Shown piece after piece: positions 19,902-30,258 of a DNA stretch of 64,000 nt; the first letter of the stretch is position 1, and each line of letters begins with the position of its first letter. The DNA comes from Candidatus Parcubacteria bacterium (lineage in GTDB: Bacteria; Patescibacteriota; Minisyncoccia; UBA6257; HR35), in assembly GCA_025999335.1 (NCBI GenBank), contig AP024681.1, positions 459,547 through 523,546 of the forward strand. The letters run 5' to 3'. Under the pieces are notes generated by a model. That model did not search any database. It was not told the origin of the DNA and saw nothing but the letters and a program-made list of their open reading frames with translations. The position numbers were made by a program, and so were the translations under genes.

Positions 19902-20929
19902 TTTTAGAAAATAAGTTTTTAGTTATTGATTTTGGTTCGGTTAATATCAAGGTTATAGAAGCGATAAAAAAAGGATCAACAATTGAAGTAACTAATTTTG
20001 GCATTGTGCCGATTATTAATTTTAAAGAAGTTATATCGTCTTCGTATATTTTAGAAGAGAACATTGCTTTAATTTTAAAAAATTTTTTGCAAGAAACTAA
20101 TATTAAAACAAAGCAAGTTTATTTTAGCGTGCCATCTCCTTATATATTCTCAACTAATTTTATTGTTCCTAATATTCCTGAAAGAAATTTACCGCAAGTT
20201 ATTACTTTTGAATCACAAAAACAGTTGCCTCTATCGGTTAGCGATATTGAGATAGAATATCGATATTTTTTAAGTCAAGGAGAAGATCAAGCTAATCAAT
20301 GGTTGATCTTTTTAGTTGCGACACCAAAAAGTTATATTAAGAAGTTAGAGAATATTTGTAATTTCACACAACTAAAATTTGCTGGCTATGGCGCTGAATA
20401 TTTTAATGTGGAATCATTTTTTAAAGATAAGCCTGGTAATTTTGTGGTTATTGATATTGGACATGCTTATGGCAATATATGTTTGATTAAGAATGGCAAA
20501 ATTAATTATGCTAACAAATTAAAAATTCGTGCTTATGATTATCTTAATTCCATAATGAATGCTACTCAATATCCCGAATCTCAGGTTTTAGATTTTGTTG
20601 CTAAAAAAGGTTTTGCTTTTAATCCAGAAGAAAAAGATTTAAAAAATTTAGCAAATGTTTTTTTAGATTCTGTAGCTTCGACTGTTCAATCAGAAATTAC
20701 AAGACTAGAAACAAGCTTTTTAGCAAGGGTGGATAAAATTTATTGGACAGGGGGAGCGGTTATTTTAGATAATTTTTTCGATGAAATGTTGAAAAGATTA
20801 TTGCGTTATCAACAAGAAATTTTAACGCCTGCTAATTTTGTTTATGGTGATAAATTTAAAATGCTGAAAGAAAAATCAACACTTTTTACTCAAGTTACAG
20901 GACTTCTTTTGAAAAAAATAATCGGTTAA
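19889..20929 (+). CDS. pilM: Type IV pilus assembly protein PilM
   Basis: Actin-like motifs VIDFGSVNIK, VIDIG, TGG; first gene of the pil cluster. Confidence 0.85.
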   Translation: MIFSFLENKFLVIDFGSVNIKVIEAIKKGSTIEVTNFGIVPIINFKEVISSSYILEENIALILKNFLQETNIKTKQVYFSVPSPYIFSTNFIVPNIPERNLPQVITFESQKQLPLSVSDIEIEYRYFLSQGEDQANQWLIFLVATPKSYIKKLENICNFTQLKFAGYGAEYFNVESFFKDKPGNFVVIDIGHAYGNICLIKNGKINYANKLKIRAYDYLNSIMNATQYPESQVLDFVAKKGFAFNPEEKDLKNLANVFLDSVASTVQSEITRLETSFLARVDKIYWTGGAVILDNFFDEMLKRLLRYQQEILTPANFVYGDKFKMLKEKSTLFTQVTGLLLKKIIG

Positions 20930-20994
20930 AATATAATTATAAGTTTAGAGTTTATGATTTATATTAAATTTTTCGTTATTGATCTTTAATTTAT

Positions 20995-21519
20995 ATGCCA
21001 GACATTAGCACTAATATAAAAAATATTATTCCTGTGGGTTTAGTATTTCCTTTTTTGTTGATTTTAATCATAGAATTCGGTATTGATATGGGTTTACAGT
21101 CTTACAATAGTAAGTTAGAGAATACTAAAAATAGCTTAATTAACGAAATTAAAGATATTAAGAATAAATCCGGCGATGAAATAAATAAAAGACCTGAATT
21201 TAATTTCTTCTCGCGGTTCGTTAATGTCGCTACCTTGATTAAAGAAAGAAAAAGAATTAAAGATGTTATTGATTCTTTTAATAGAATAATGCCTACTTTT
21301 GTTGATATAAGCAATTTTAATTACGATGCTGAAAAGCAACAGATAACCTTTCAAGCATCGGTATCTAATTGGAGAGATTATGTTAGGCTTTATAAATATT
21401 TATATAGTCAAAATAAAATTCGAGTTGAATCATTTTCATTGCCAACAGGCGATGAAGCCACAGGAAAAATAAATTTTTCAATTGCGATTATTTTAAACAG
21501 TAATTTTTTTGAAAAGTAA
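20995..21519 (+). CDS. PilN-like pilus alignment protein
   Basis: Single TM, coiled coil, small alpha/beta domain; follows pilM. Confidence 0.6.
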   Translation: MPDISTNIKNIIPVGLVFPFLLILIIEFGIDMGLQSYNSKLENTKNSLINEIKDIKNKSGDEINKRPEFNFFSRFVNVATLIKERKRIKDVIDSFNRIMPTFVDISNFNYDAEKQQITFQASVSNWRDYVRLYKYLYSQNKIRVESFSLPTGDEATGKINFSIAIILNSNFFEK

Positions 21520-21521
21520 TA

Positions 21522-22064
21522 ATGGGACTTATATTTAAACTTTTGCCAATTTTGCTTATCGTAGCTGTTTTATATGTTTTAATGTATAATCTTATTCCTA
21601 CTTTTAAAACGACAATTAATTTAGCCAACGAACTTAAAAAATTAGAAGCTGAAAAAAAGAGTTTGAAAGTAGCTGAAGAATTTGTTAATTCTTTGTCAGC
21701 AAAAATTCCTATTCAAAGTACTAACATCCAGGAATTTCAGAAAAGTTTATTAAAATTTTTACCCGCTGATCCTTTGGAAGAAGAATTAATTTATCAATTA
21801 TATGTTTATCACAAGGATTTTGGTTATAAATTTTCAGGTTTGAGCATTGGCAAAGGAGGTGAAAAATCATTAAATGATCAAATTTTACCAGTGAAAACAT
21901 TAACTTTTTCTTTATCTTTGAAAGATGATTTGGACAAGATCGTTAAATTTATTTCTACTTTGGAAGAAAATGTGCGTATTTTATCAATAAAAAATTTTAA
22001 TGTTGATCGTAATGGCAATGCAAGTTTTAACGTCGAAGCTTATTTTATGCCTTTGGCATATTAA
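21522..22064 (+). CDS. PilO-like pilus alignment protein
   Basis: TM + coiled coil, FISTLEENVRILSI motif; position in cluster. Confidence 0.7.
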   Translation: MGLIFKLLPILLIVAVLYVLMYNLIPTFKTTINLANELKKLEAEKKSLKVAEEFVNSLSAKIPIQSTNIQEFQKSLLKFLPADPLEEELIYQLYVYHKDFGYKFSGLSIGKGGEKSLNDQILPVKTLTFSLSLKDDLDKIVKFISTLEENVRILSIKNFNVDRNGNASFNVEAYFMPLAY

Positions 22065-22070
22065 AAGCGA

Positions 22071-22577
22071 ATGAATAAAAGTTTTTTAACCATCATAATT
22101 AATTCTCTATTTTTAGTAATGTTGCTGATAGGTGTTTTTTACTTTCTTTTTGTTAGATTTGTAAAAAGTATTCCTGATATGGAAGTGCCTCCTGAATTAT
22201 CTTTTGTTAATAGAAAAGCTACTTTTTTTCAAGAATACACAAAATCTAATGATTGGACGAATACAATAGAGACATTACAAAAATCACTTGGTATTTCTTT
22301 TAAATTACTTGCTGATTTAGATAATAAAAATTTTTTCGCTATTAGTTCTAATGAATTAACTAGGACATCTTTATTTACTAAAAATATTCAATTACCGCCT
22401 CCAACATTAACAACTTCATTACCACCTCAGTCAGACAACCAGCCAACACCATCAACGACTTCGACGGCAACTTCAACACCAACTTCAACGACTACAACAT
22501 CGACAGCGACTTCAACTAATTTTCCTACAACAACAAAGGTTAGCACATCTTCTAAAAGTAATGCTCCGAAAAGATAA
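22071..22577 (+). CDS. Membrane-anchored protein with Thr/Ser/Pro-rich tail (occupies the pilP position)
   Basis: N-terminal TM and low-complexity C-terminus. Confidence 0.5.
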   Translation: MNKSFLTIIINSLFLVMLLIGVFYFLFVRFVKSIPDMEVPPELSFVNRKATFFQEYTKSNDWTNTIETLQKSLGISFKLLADLDNKNFFAISSNELTRTSLFTKNIQLPPPTLTTSLPPQSDNQPTPSTTSTATSTPTSTTTTSTATSTNFPTTTKVSTSSKSNAPKR

Positions 22578-22676
22578 GATTAATTCAAATGATAAAATTA
22601 ACATTGATTAATCATTATTTATTCTTATAAAATAAATAAGAGCGTTAGTGAATAGCAAATTATTAAAATTTTTAAA

Positions 22677-24383
22677 ATGAAAGACGAACAAATAATAAAT
22701 TTTTTTTCAAGCAAATACCCAGAAATTAATAATTGGCTTATTGATGCAAAAATTAATAACATTTCTTTTGAAGATTATATTTTTAATAAAAGCCTTATTC
22801 CAATTGAAGAATTTTTAAATTTTAAAGCGTCAATTTACAATTTACCTATCAAGGTTTTTCAAGTTGACGAAACAATCCCTAAAGATATTTTAAATAAGAT
22901 ACCCGAAGCAGTAGCTCGTAACTATAAAATTTTAGCTTTGGAATTAAGAAATAATGTTTTGTACATTGGTGTTGTTGATCCAGAAGTGCCTGATTTGCAT
23001 AATAAAGTTTTAGAACCATTAAAAAATAATTTAAAATTAGAACCTCAATTAGTATTAATTTCCGTTAAAGACTTCTATTTACATTTAGAAGATTATTCTG
23101 ATTTTGAAAATGAAATGAAAAAATATGTTTTAGATTTTCGAAGTAGTAGTGGACGTAAGCTTGACACCGATAAACCTTTAGCTTTTCAACAGGAAGTTAT
23201 TAGTAGCGAAGAAGGTCCTATTATTAGATTGTTTGAGTTGTTAGTTAGAAAAGCTGTTGCTATTCGAGCTTCAGATATACATTTAGAACCTTTACCGGAT
23301 AAAGCGCGTATTCGTTTTCGTTTGTTTGGTGATTTAAAAACTATAGCTTATTTTCCTAAAGATGTTCATAATCCTTTAGTTAACAGAGTTAAAATTTTAA
23401 CCAATTTAAGATTAGACGAAACAAGAGTTACGCAAGATGGACGTTTTCGAGCGGTTGTTCATGGAAGAGAAATTGATTTTCGTGTTGGTATTTTGCCAAC
23501 TATTAACGGAGAAAAAGTTGCCATAAGAATTTTAGACCCCTTGGTTGGTCTTAAAAAGATTAAAGATTTAGGGTTAGCTGATTATCATATAGATATGATG
23601 TTAAGAAATATTTCTAAAACATTTGGAATGATTCTAGTTACCGGTCCAACTGGTTCAGGAAAAACAACAACTTTATACGCTTTAATTCAAGAAATTAATA
23701 ACGATAAAATTAATATTATTAGTTTGGAAGACCCTGTTGAATATAAAGTTTTTGGCATTAACCAATCACAAATTAGACCTGAAATTGGTTATTCTTTTGC
23801 TAAAGGTTTACGGGAAATTTTAAGACAGGATCCTGATGCTATTTTGGTTGGTGAGATTCGCGATGAAGAAACAGCTGAATTAGCTACTCATGCTGCTTTA
23901 ACAGGACATATAGTTTTTTCAACTTTGCATACTAATACTGCCCCAGGAGCGATACCTCGTTTGATAGATATGGGGGTCAAGAATTATTTTTTGCCATCAA
24001 CTTTAAATTTAGTTATTGCTCAACGATTAGTTAGAGATTTATGTCAAAATTGTTTAGTTGAAAAATCCTGTCCTAAAGAAATTATTAGCGAAGCTGAAAA
24101 AGCCTTACAAGATTTACCTGATAATTTGCGTAATTTTGAAATTAAATGTTTTGACGCTAAAGGTTGCGATAAATGTCACAATCGTGGTTATATAGGTAGA
24201 ATAGGTATTTTTGAAATGTTTGAAATGACGAAAGAGCTTTCTGATATAATATTAGAACATAAAGGAGAGGGTGAGATTTTAGAGATTTTAAAAAAGCAAA
24301 ATTTTATTTCTTTACGAGCTGATGGTATAATTAAAGCGAGTAAAGGATTGGTTTCTTTAGAAGAAGTATTTAAAGTTACTTAA
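22677..24383 (+). CDS. pilB: Type IV pilus extension ATPase PilB/GspE
   Basis: ASDIHLEP, GPTGSGKTTT, EDPVEY, LRQDPD, STLHTN, tetracysteine motif. Confidence 0.95.
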   Translation: MKDEQIINFFSSKYPEINNWLIDAKINNISFEDYIFNKSLIPIEEFLNFKASIYNLPIKVFQVDETIPKDILNKIPEAVARNYKILALELRNNVLYIGVVDPEVPDLHNKVLEPLKNNLKLEPQLVLISVKDFYLHLEDYSDFENEMKKYVLDFRSSSGRKLDTDKPLAFQQEVISSEEGPIIRLFELLVRKAVAIRASDIHLEPLPDKARIRFRLFGDLKTIAYFPKDVHNPLVNRVKILTNLRLDETRVTQDGRFRAVVHGREIDFRVGILPTINGEKVAIRILDPLVGLKKIKDLGLADYHIDMMLRNISKTFGMILVTGPTGSGKTTTLYALIQEINNDKINIISLEDPVEYKVFGINQSQIRPEIGYSFAKGLREILRQDPDAILVGEIRDEETAELATHAALTGHIVFSTLHTNTAPGAIPRLIDMGVKNYFLPSTLNLVIAQRLVRDLCQNCLVEKSCPKEIISEAEKALQDLPDNLRNFEIKCFDAKGCDKCHNRGYIGRIGIFEMFEMTKELSDIILEHKGEGEILEILKKQNFISLRADGIIKASKGLVSLEEVFKVT

Positions 24384-24393
24384 TTTAAAATTT

Positions 24394-25455
24394 ATGGATC
24401 AAAGATTAAAAGATTATTTACTTTTTGTAGCTCAACAAGGAGGTTCTGACTTGCATATCTTGCCGGGAAGTTTTCCGGTAATGAGAAAAGACGGGGATCT
24501 TTTTCCGATGACGCAATTTGATATTATTAGCGGCGAAGAAAGTAAAAAAATGTTATTTTCTTTGCTTAACAATGACACTGAAGAAAAATTAAAAACTTTT
24601 AAAGATGTTGATTTTTCTTTTTCTCTTGACGAAAAAGTACGATTTCGAGTAAACATTTATTTGCAAGCCAATGGTTATGCCGGTGCTTTTAGATTTATAC
24701 CCAATGAAATGAAGAGTATTGAAGAATTGAATTTGCCTGTTATTTTAAATGAATTTATTGAAAGAAGACAAGGATTTATTTTGTTAACCGGACCCGCGGG
24801 TACTGGTAAATCAACTACTTTAGCTTCATTGATAGATACTATTAATCACCAAAGACAAGACCACATTATTACCATTGAAGAGCCAATTGAGTATTTATTT
24901 GTTTCTGATAAAGCTGTTATTTCTCAAAGAGAAATTCCTACTCATGCACCTGATTGGCATAGAGCTTTGAAAGGAGCTTTGCGTCAAGATCCCGATGTAT
25001 TGATGATTGGTGAATTGAGAGATGCCGAGTCTATTTCTATTGCTTTAACCGCAGCGGAAACAGGACACTTAGTTTTAGCAACAATGCATACTAACTCCGC
25101 AGCACAAACAGTTGATCGTATAGTTGATGTTTTGCCAGAAAATCAAAAAAACCAAGGAAGGTTACAGCTAGCTTCGACTTTAATAGGTATTGTCTCTCAG
25201 AGATTAGTACCTCGTATTAAAGGAGGTCGTATTCCTGCTTGTGAAGTGCTAATAGCTAATAATGCAGTCAGAAACTTGATTCGTGAAAATAAAATATACC
25301 AAATAGATAGTGTTATCGATACAAGTTTAAGCGAAGGAATGTTTTCTTTAGAGCGTTCTTTAGTTAATTTAATTCAAATGGATGAGATTACTTTAGAAAA
25401 AGCGATTGAATATAGTCTCAAGCCAAGCAAGTTGAAGTATTTATTAGAAGAATGA
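24394..25455 (+). CDS. pilT: Type IV pilus retraction ATPase PilT
   Basis: SDLH, GPAGTGKST, LRQDPD, AAETGHLV, AVRNLIRE. Confidence 0.95.
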   Translation: MDQRLKDYLLFVAQQGGSDLHILPGSFPVMRKDGDLFPMTQFDIISGEESKKMLFSLLNNDTEEKLKTFKDVDFSFSLDEKVRFRVNIYLQANGYAGAFRFIPNEMKSIEELNLPVILNEFIERRQGFILLTGPAGTGKSTTLASLIDTINHQRQDHIITIEEPIEYLFVSDKAVISQREIPTHAPDWHRALKGALRQDPDVLMIGELRDAESISIALTAAETGHLVLATMHTNSAAQTVDRIVDVLPENQKNQGRLQLASTLIGIVSQRLVPRIKGGRIPACEVLIANNAVRNLIRENKIYQIDSVIDTSLSEGMFSLERSLVNLIQMDEITLEKAIEYSLKPSKLKYLLEE

Positions 25456-25495
25456 TATTTTGTAATAAATTATTAAATTATCTACTTAACAATAG

Positions 25496-26698
25496 ATGAA
25501 ATTTGAATTCAAAGCTTTTACTCAAGATGGTAAATTAAAAGAGGGTATTATTACTGCCAACGATAAAGATGCTGCCATTAAATTATTGCAAGATCAAGGT
25601 TTGTTGGTAACATATTTACAAGAGAAAAAAATTTCTTTGCTGTTTTTATTTAGAAAGCCTGGCTTAAACGATTTGTATCTTTTTACAAAACAGTTATCTT
25701 ATCTTTTAAAAGCTCGTACTCCTTTAGATGAGGCTATTAAAACATTATCGCAGTCTAATGCTAATCCTATTTTTAAATCTATCTTAATAGAGATTTATAA
25801 TGATCTAGTTGCGGGCGTAACTTTTTCTCAATCGTTATCAAGATTTCCTGAAATTTTTAATTCTTATTATGTTGGTATGGTTATTGTTGGCGAATCAGTT
25901 GGTACTTTAGATGAAATTTTAGATTATTTAGCTAATCACTTAAATGCTCAAAGAAGATTTAAAAGTAGGTTATTGCAAGCAGCTATTTATCCAATCGTAG
26001 TTGTTTCTTTGTTTATTGGCGTAATGATTGCTTTATTTTATTTTGTTATTCCGCAGATAACTAAATTATTTACTGACAATGGCATTCCTTTGCCTGGGGT
26101 TACTAAATTGTTTCAATCAATTTCTGATTTTATAATAAACTTCGGATTGTTTTTGTTGATTATTTTTGGTTTTATGATTTATTATTTTGTTCAGTATGTG
26201 CAAACAAGAGAAGGTAGAGCAGCATTGTTTAGAATTAGCAACGGTTTGCCGATTTTTGGTAGTTTAATTAAAAATTTGTATACAGCTCAATTTTTAGAAT
26301 CTCTTTTTTATCTTTTAAAAGGTGGCGTGCCTATTGTTGAGTCTTTGCAAATTATTAAAACAAGCATTAACCATCCTTTATACGAAGATGTTTTAGAAGT
26401 TATTATCGAAGATGTAAAAAAGGGAATGCCATTAAGTCAGAGTTTAAGCAATTTTCCTGATCTATTTCCTAATTTAGTTATTGAAGGTATGAGAACTTCA
26501 GAGAAAACAGGACAGTTAGCTGAAGTGACTCTTACAATATACGGTTTTTATAACGAGGCTATTGAAGCTCAAGTAGCTGGTTTAGCAGAAAGCTTACAAC
26601 CAATTTTAATTATCTTTTTAGGTGCGGGTTTAGGTATTCTTGAAGCTTCCTTATTAATTCCTCTTTTGGAATTGACAAAATATGTTCAAACTTTTTAA
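25496..26698 (+). CDS. pilC: Type IV pilus platform protein PilC (GspF family)
   Basis: Two GspF-like domains, GESVGTL, AAIYP, TM segments. Confidence 0.93.
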   Translation: MKFEFKAFTQDGKLKEGIITANDKDAAIKLLQDQGLLVTYLQEKKISLLFLFRKPGLNDLYLFTKQLSYLLKARTPLDEAIKTLSQSNANPIFKSILIEIYNDLVAGVTFSQSLSRFPEIFNSYYVGMVIVGESVGTLDEILDYLANHLNAQRRFKSRLLQAAIYPIVVVSLFIGVMIALFYFVIPQITKLFTDNGIPLPGVTKLFQSISDFIINFGLFLLIIFGFMIYYFVQYVQTREGRAALFRISNGLPIFGSLIKNLYTAQFLESLFYLLKGGVPIVESLQIIKTSINHPLYEDVLEVIIEDVKKGMPLSQSLSNFPDLFPNLVIEGMRTSEKTGQLAEVTLTIYGFYNEAIEAQVAGLAESLQPILIIFLGAGLGILEASLLIPLLELTKYVQTF

Positions 26699-27542
26699 TG
26701 ATGTTTTTTTCTTTGTTTTTGGGCTTTTTTGGGGATCTTTTTTGAATAATGTAGCTTTACGTTTGGAAAGTGGTGAAGATTTTTTATATTCTCGCTCTAA
26801 ATGTCCTGCTTGTCAAAAGAATTTACGCTGGTATGAATTAATTCCTATTTTAAGTTTTATTATTCAAAAAGGTAAATGTCGGCATTGTTCTAAAAAGATT
26901 TCTTGGCGTTATCCTTTGATTGAAATTCTTACAGGTTTATGGGTTATGCTGTTAACTAAAAATATTCTTGGCTATAGTTTAAATTATTTTTTTCTTGTAG
27001 AGTTTATTTTTTATTTTTTATTTTTAAGTATTATTTTTGTTTTGGGTTTATACGATTGGCGAACCTTTCTTGTTGATGATCGTTTTGTGATTGTTGGCGG
27101 TATTGTGGGTTTAATATTTAATATTTGGCATAAATTTTTTAATATTCCTTATAGAGATTTTACGGATTTATATTTGTTAAATAATTATTTTTATTCTTTA
27201 TTTTTTTCTAATAGTATTTTTGATTTTTTAATATCGCCTTTATTGATGTTTTTTTTGTTTTTGCTGATTTATTTATTAAGTAAAGGACAAGGTCTAGGCT
27301 TTGGTGATGTTAAGATTATTTTTGTTATCGGTTTATTTTTAAGATTAGGAGATATTTTGCTGATGTTGATTGTTAGTTCTTTTTTAGGTTTTTTATATGG
27401 ATTAGGGATTATTATAAAATATAAAAATTTTAAGCAACCAATACCTTTTGTGCCTTTTTTCTTTTTAGGTATAATTTTAATTATATTTTTTGGTAAATAT
27501 TTATCTCAATTCTATTTGAATACTTTACATCTATCTTTGTAG
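26682..27542 (+). CDS. pilD: Prepilin peptidase
   Basis: GSFLN, RSKCPAC, GKCRHC, GFGDVK, PFVPF. Confidence 0.93.
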   Translation: MFKLFNDVFFFVFGLFWGSFLNNVALRLESGEDFLYSRSKCPACQKNLRWYELIPILSFIIQKGKCRHCSKKISWRYPLIEILTGLWVMLLTKNILGYSLNYFFLVEFIFYFLFLSIIFVLGLYDWRTFLVDDRFVIVGGIVGLIFNIWHKFFNIPYRDFTDLYLLNNYFYSLFFSNSIFDFLISPLLMFFLFLLIYLLSKGQGLGFGDVKIIFVIGLFLRLGDILLMLIVSSFLGFLYGLGIIIKYKNFKQPIPFVPFFFLGIILIIFFGKYLSQFYLNTLHLSL

Positions 27543-27609
27543 TTTTAAGAGAGCATTATCATTTTTTAGACTTTTTTAAAAAGAGTGTTTATGTTATAAT
27601 TTTTTTATA

Positions 27610-27915
27610 ATGTTAAACATTGAAAATGTTAAATATTTAGCAAAATTAGCACGTTTGGATATTAGCGATGATGAGGCGTTAGAATTGAAAAATGATTTAG
27701 ATAAAATTTTAAAGTATGTTGAAAAAATTAATGAATTAAAACTAGATAGTTTAGATACTTTGACAAATATTATAGAAAGATTAGAATTGCGTGAAGATAA
27801 AGATTTGGCGAATATTAGCAATGATGATTATCAAGATGAAGTTGAAAGAATTATTAATAATTTTCCTGATAAAGATAATCGTTATCTAAAAGTACCTAAA
27901 GTTTTAATAAAATAA
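27610..27915 (+). CDS. gatC: Asp/Glu-tRNA amidotransferase subunit C
   Basis: VKYLAKLARL, LRED, YLKVPKVL. Confidence 0.92.
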   Translation: MLNIENVKYLAKLARLDISDDEALELKNDLDKILKYVEKINELKLDSLDTLTNIIERLELREDKDLANISNDDYQDEVERIINNFPDKDNRYLKVPKVLIK

Positions 27916-27974
27916 ATTTTTATTACCTTTTAATTATTTTCTGTTTAATTTTTAATTTTTTATTTTTTTAAAAA

Positions 27975-29450
27975 ATGCTTATTAAAAAACCACCAATAGT
28001 TGTTATTTTAGGGCATATTGACCATGGTAAAACTACTTTATTAGATGCTTTACGAAAAACAAATCTTGCTGCTAAGGAAATAGGTGGTATTACTCAAAAA
28101 ATCGGCGCTTATGAAATAGTTTACAAAGATGAGAAAATAACTTTTATTGATACTCCAGGACATCAAGCTTTTAATAAATTGCGTGAACGTGGTGTCAAGG
28201 TTGCCGATATAGCTATCGTTGTTGTTGCTGCTGATGAAGGTTTAAAGCCACAAACTTTAGAAAGCTTTGAATATTTAAAAGTATCTAAAATGCCTTATAT
28301 TGTTGCTTTAACAAAAATAGATAAGAAAGACGCTGATGTTCAGAGAGTAACTTCGCAGTTAGTAAATATTGGCATTATACCTGAAAAGTTTGGAGGCGAT
28401 ATTCCCATTGTCGAAGTTTCGGCGGTAACTAACGAAGGATTGAATGATTTATTAGAAATTATTATTTTGCTTCGTGATATTAACGATTGGAAAGTTGACA
28501 CCGATGTCGCTGGCAAAGGATTTATTCTTGAATCTTTTAAAGATGAAAAGAGAGGATTTTGTGCTTCCGGCATTATTACTGAAGGCTCTTTAAAGTTAGG
28601 CGATTTATTGATTACTAAAAGTTCTTTTTGTAAGATAAAATTTTTAGAGGATGATCTTGGCAGAAAAATTGATTCCGCTTTACCTTCCAAGCCGTTTTTA
28701 GTTGGTAATTTTAATAATTTAGTTTTTGCCGGGGAAGCCTTTATGATTGGAACTCCCGATGCTTTAAAGGATTTTCAGGATCAGCTAGCTAAGCAAGAAA
28801 CTAATTTTAGACAACAAGTTATTATTTCTTTGCCAACCGAAAATATTGATAATAAAACTAACGGAAAACAATTTCTACTTATTGTTAAGGCTGACAATTT
28901 AGGAAGTTTAGAAGCGTTAGAAAAAATCCTTTTAAATATTATTGAGACTAAGAATATTGATTGTAAAATTATTAAAAGTGACGTTGGCGCAGTTACTATT
29001 GATGATATTAATTTAGCTAAAAATTTTCAGGGAATTATCTTAAGTTTTAACCTGAAAACTTCTAAACATATTTTAGAAATCATAAAAAACTATAATATAG
29101 TTTTTTTTGAAAGTAATATTATTTATGATTTAGAAGAAAAATTTCTTAATTATATTCTTAATTTAGACAATAATTTGCAAAAAAATAAAGGGGTTTTAGA
29201 AGTGTTAGCAACCTTTGGTGTAGCTAAAAATAAAAAAACCATAGGTGGAAAAGTAATTGAAGGTGTGATTAAATTAAACAGTCGAGTTATGATTCAAAGT
29301 GTTAATGGCGAAGAATTAGGTTATGGCAAGATTATTAGTTTAGAAAAAAATAAAGTACCTGTAAATGAAGTAAAAGCAGAAGAATTATGCGGTTTAATAA
29401 TAGATACTAATACTACTATTAGCAAAGGAGATAAAATTATATGCTTATAA
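27975..29450 (+). CDS. infB: Translation initiation factor IF-2, short form lacking the N-terminal domain
   Basis: PPIVVILGHIDHGKTT, GGITQ, DTPGH, KADNLGSLEAL. Confidence 0.95.
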   Translation: MLIKKPPIVVILGHIDHGKTTLLDALRKTNLAAKEIGGITQKIGAYEIVYKDEKITFIDTPGHQAFNKLRERGVKVADIAIVVVAADEGLKPQTLESFEYLKVSKMPYIVALTKIDKKDADVQRVTSQLVNIGIIPEKFGGDIPIVEVSAVTNEGLNDLLEIIILLRDINDWKVDTDVAGKGFILESFKDEKRGFCASGIITEGSLKLGDLLITKSSFCKIKFLEDDLGRKIDSALPSKPFLVGNFNNLVFAGEAFMIGTPDALKDFQDQLAKQETNFRQQVIISLPTENIDNKTNGKQFLLIVKADNLGSLEALEKILLNIIETKNIDCKIIKSDVGAVTIDDINLAKNFQGIILSFNLKTSKHILEIIKNYNIVFFESNIIYDLEEKFLNYILNLDNNLQKNKGVLEVLATFGVAKNKKTIGGKVIEGVIKLNSRVMIQSVNGEELGYGKIISLEKNKVPVNEVKAEELCGLIIDTNTTISKGDKIICL

Positions 29451-29514
29451 ATTAAAACTATTGTAGTTTTATGTTATAATTTATTAAGGGTTTTTAATGT
29501 TGATGACAAATTCC

Positions 29515-29587
29515 GCCCTCATAGCTCAATCGGTAGAGCAACGGCCTTTTAAGCCGGTGGTTGGAGGTTCGAGTCCTCCTGGGGGCA
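29515..29587 (+). tRNA. tRNA-Lys(TTT), CCA not encoded
   Basis: GCCCTCA-TAGCTCAATCGGTAGAGCA-ACGGC-CTTTTAA-GCCGG-TGGTT-GGAGGTTCGAGTCCTCC-TGGGGGC-A; TGTTATAAT upstream at 29472-29480. Confidence 0.95.
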
Positions 29588-29634
29588 CTTATGATATTTA
29601 ATGGTCATTAAATTTCTAAATTATTTTTACTATC

Positions 29635-30234
29635 ATGGAAATTTTTATTAGAGATATTAAAACCGCCCCAGATTCTTATCGACGTAATGGTAAAGTGCCG
29701 GGAGTAATCTATGGTTTTAATGTTAATTCATTGCCTGTTTATGTTAATGAAAAAGATTTAGCAAGATTAGTTAAAGAACATGAGGGTGGTTTAATTAAAA
29801 TTAAACTATTTGATGACGAAAATAAACAAAATTTCAAAGAAATTCAGTGTATTTTACGCGATATTCAGATTCATCCTTTAACAGAAAAAATTATTCATTT
29901 TGATCTTTATGTGCCATCGTTAGAGAGAGTGATTACAGCAAAAGTGCCTTTGGAGTTTATTAATGAAGCACCAGCAGTTAAAAAAGGAGGGATGTTAAAT
30001 ATTGGTTTGCATGAGTTAGAAGTTAAATCGTTGCCAATGAATATACCGGAAAAAATATTTGTCGATTTGAGTGTTTTAACTGATTTGGATCAAAGTATCT
30101 ATGTTAAAGACTTGTCTTTACCTAAAGGCGTTGAAGTTTTACTAGAGTTAACGACACCGGTTGTTTCCATTGTGCGTGAAGAAGTAGTTGAAGCATCATC
30201 ACAAAGCGAAGAAACCCCAACGACTACTTCTTAA
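29635..30234 (+). CDS. rplY: 50S ribosomal protein L25/Ctc
   Basis: RRNGKVPGVIYG, QIHP...IIHFD, C-terminal beta domain (PAVKKGG, IPEKIFVD). Confidence 0.93.
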   Translation: MEIFIRDIKTAPDSYRRNGKVPGVIYGFNVNSLPVYVNEKDLARLVKEHEGGLIKIKLFDDENKQNFKEIQCILRDIQIHPLTEKIIHFDLYVPSLERVITAKVPLEFINEAPAVKKGGMLNIGLHELEVKSLPMNIPEKIFVDLSVLTDLDQSIYVKDLSLPKGVEVLLELTTPVVSIVREEVVEASSQSEETPTTTS

Positions 30235-30258
30235 TTAATCAATATTTATTAAAAAAAT

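Noticed and set aside
27975-29450. Truncated IF-2 (and GAD-less AspRS at 41448) as pseudogenes
   Set aside because: Catalytic motifs and reading frames are intact; short forms are expected in reduced genomes
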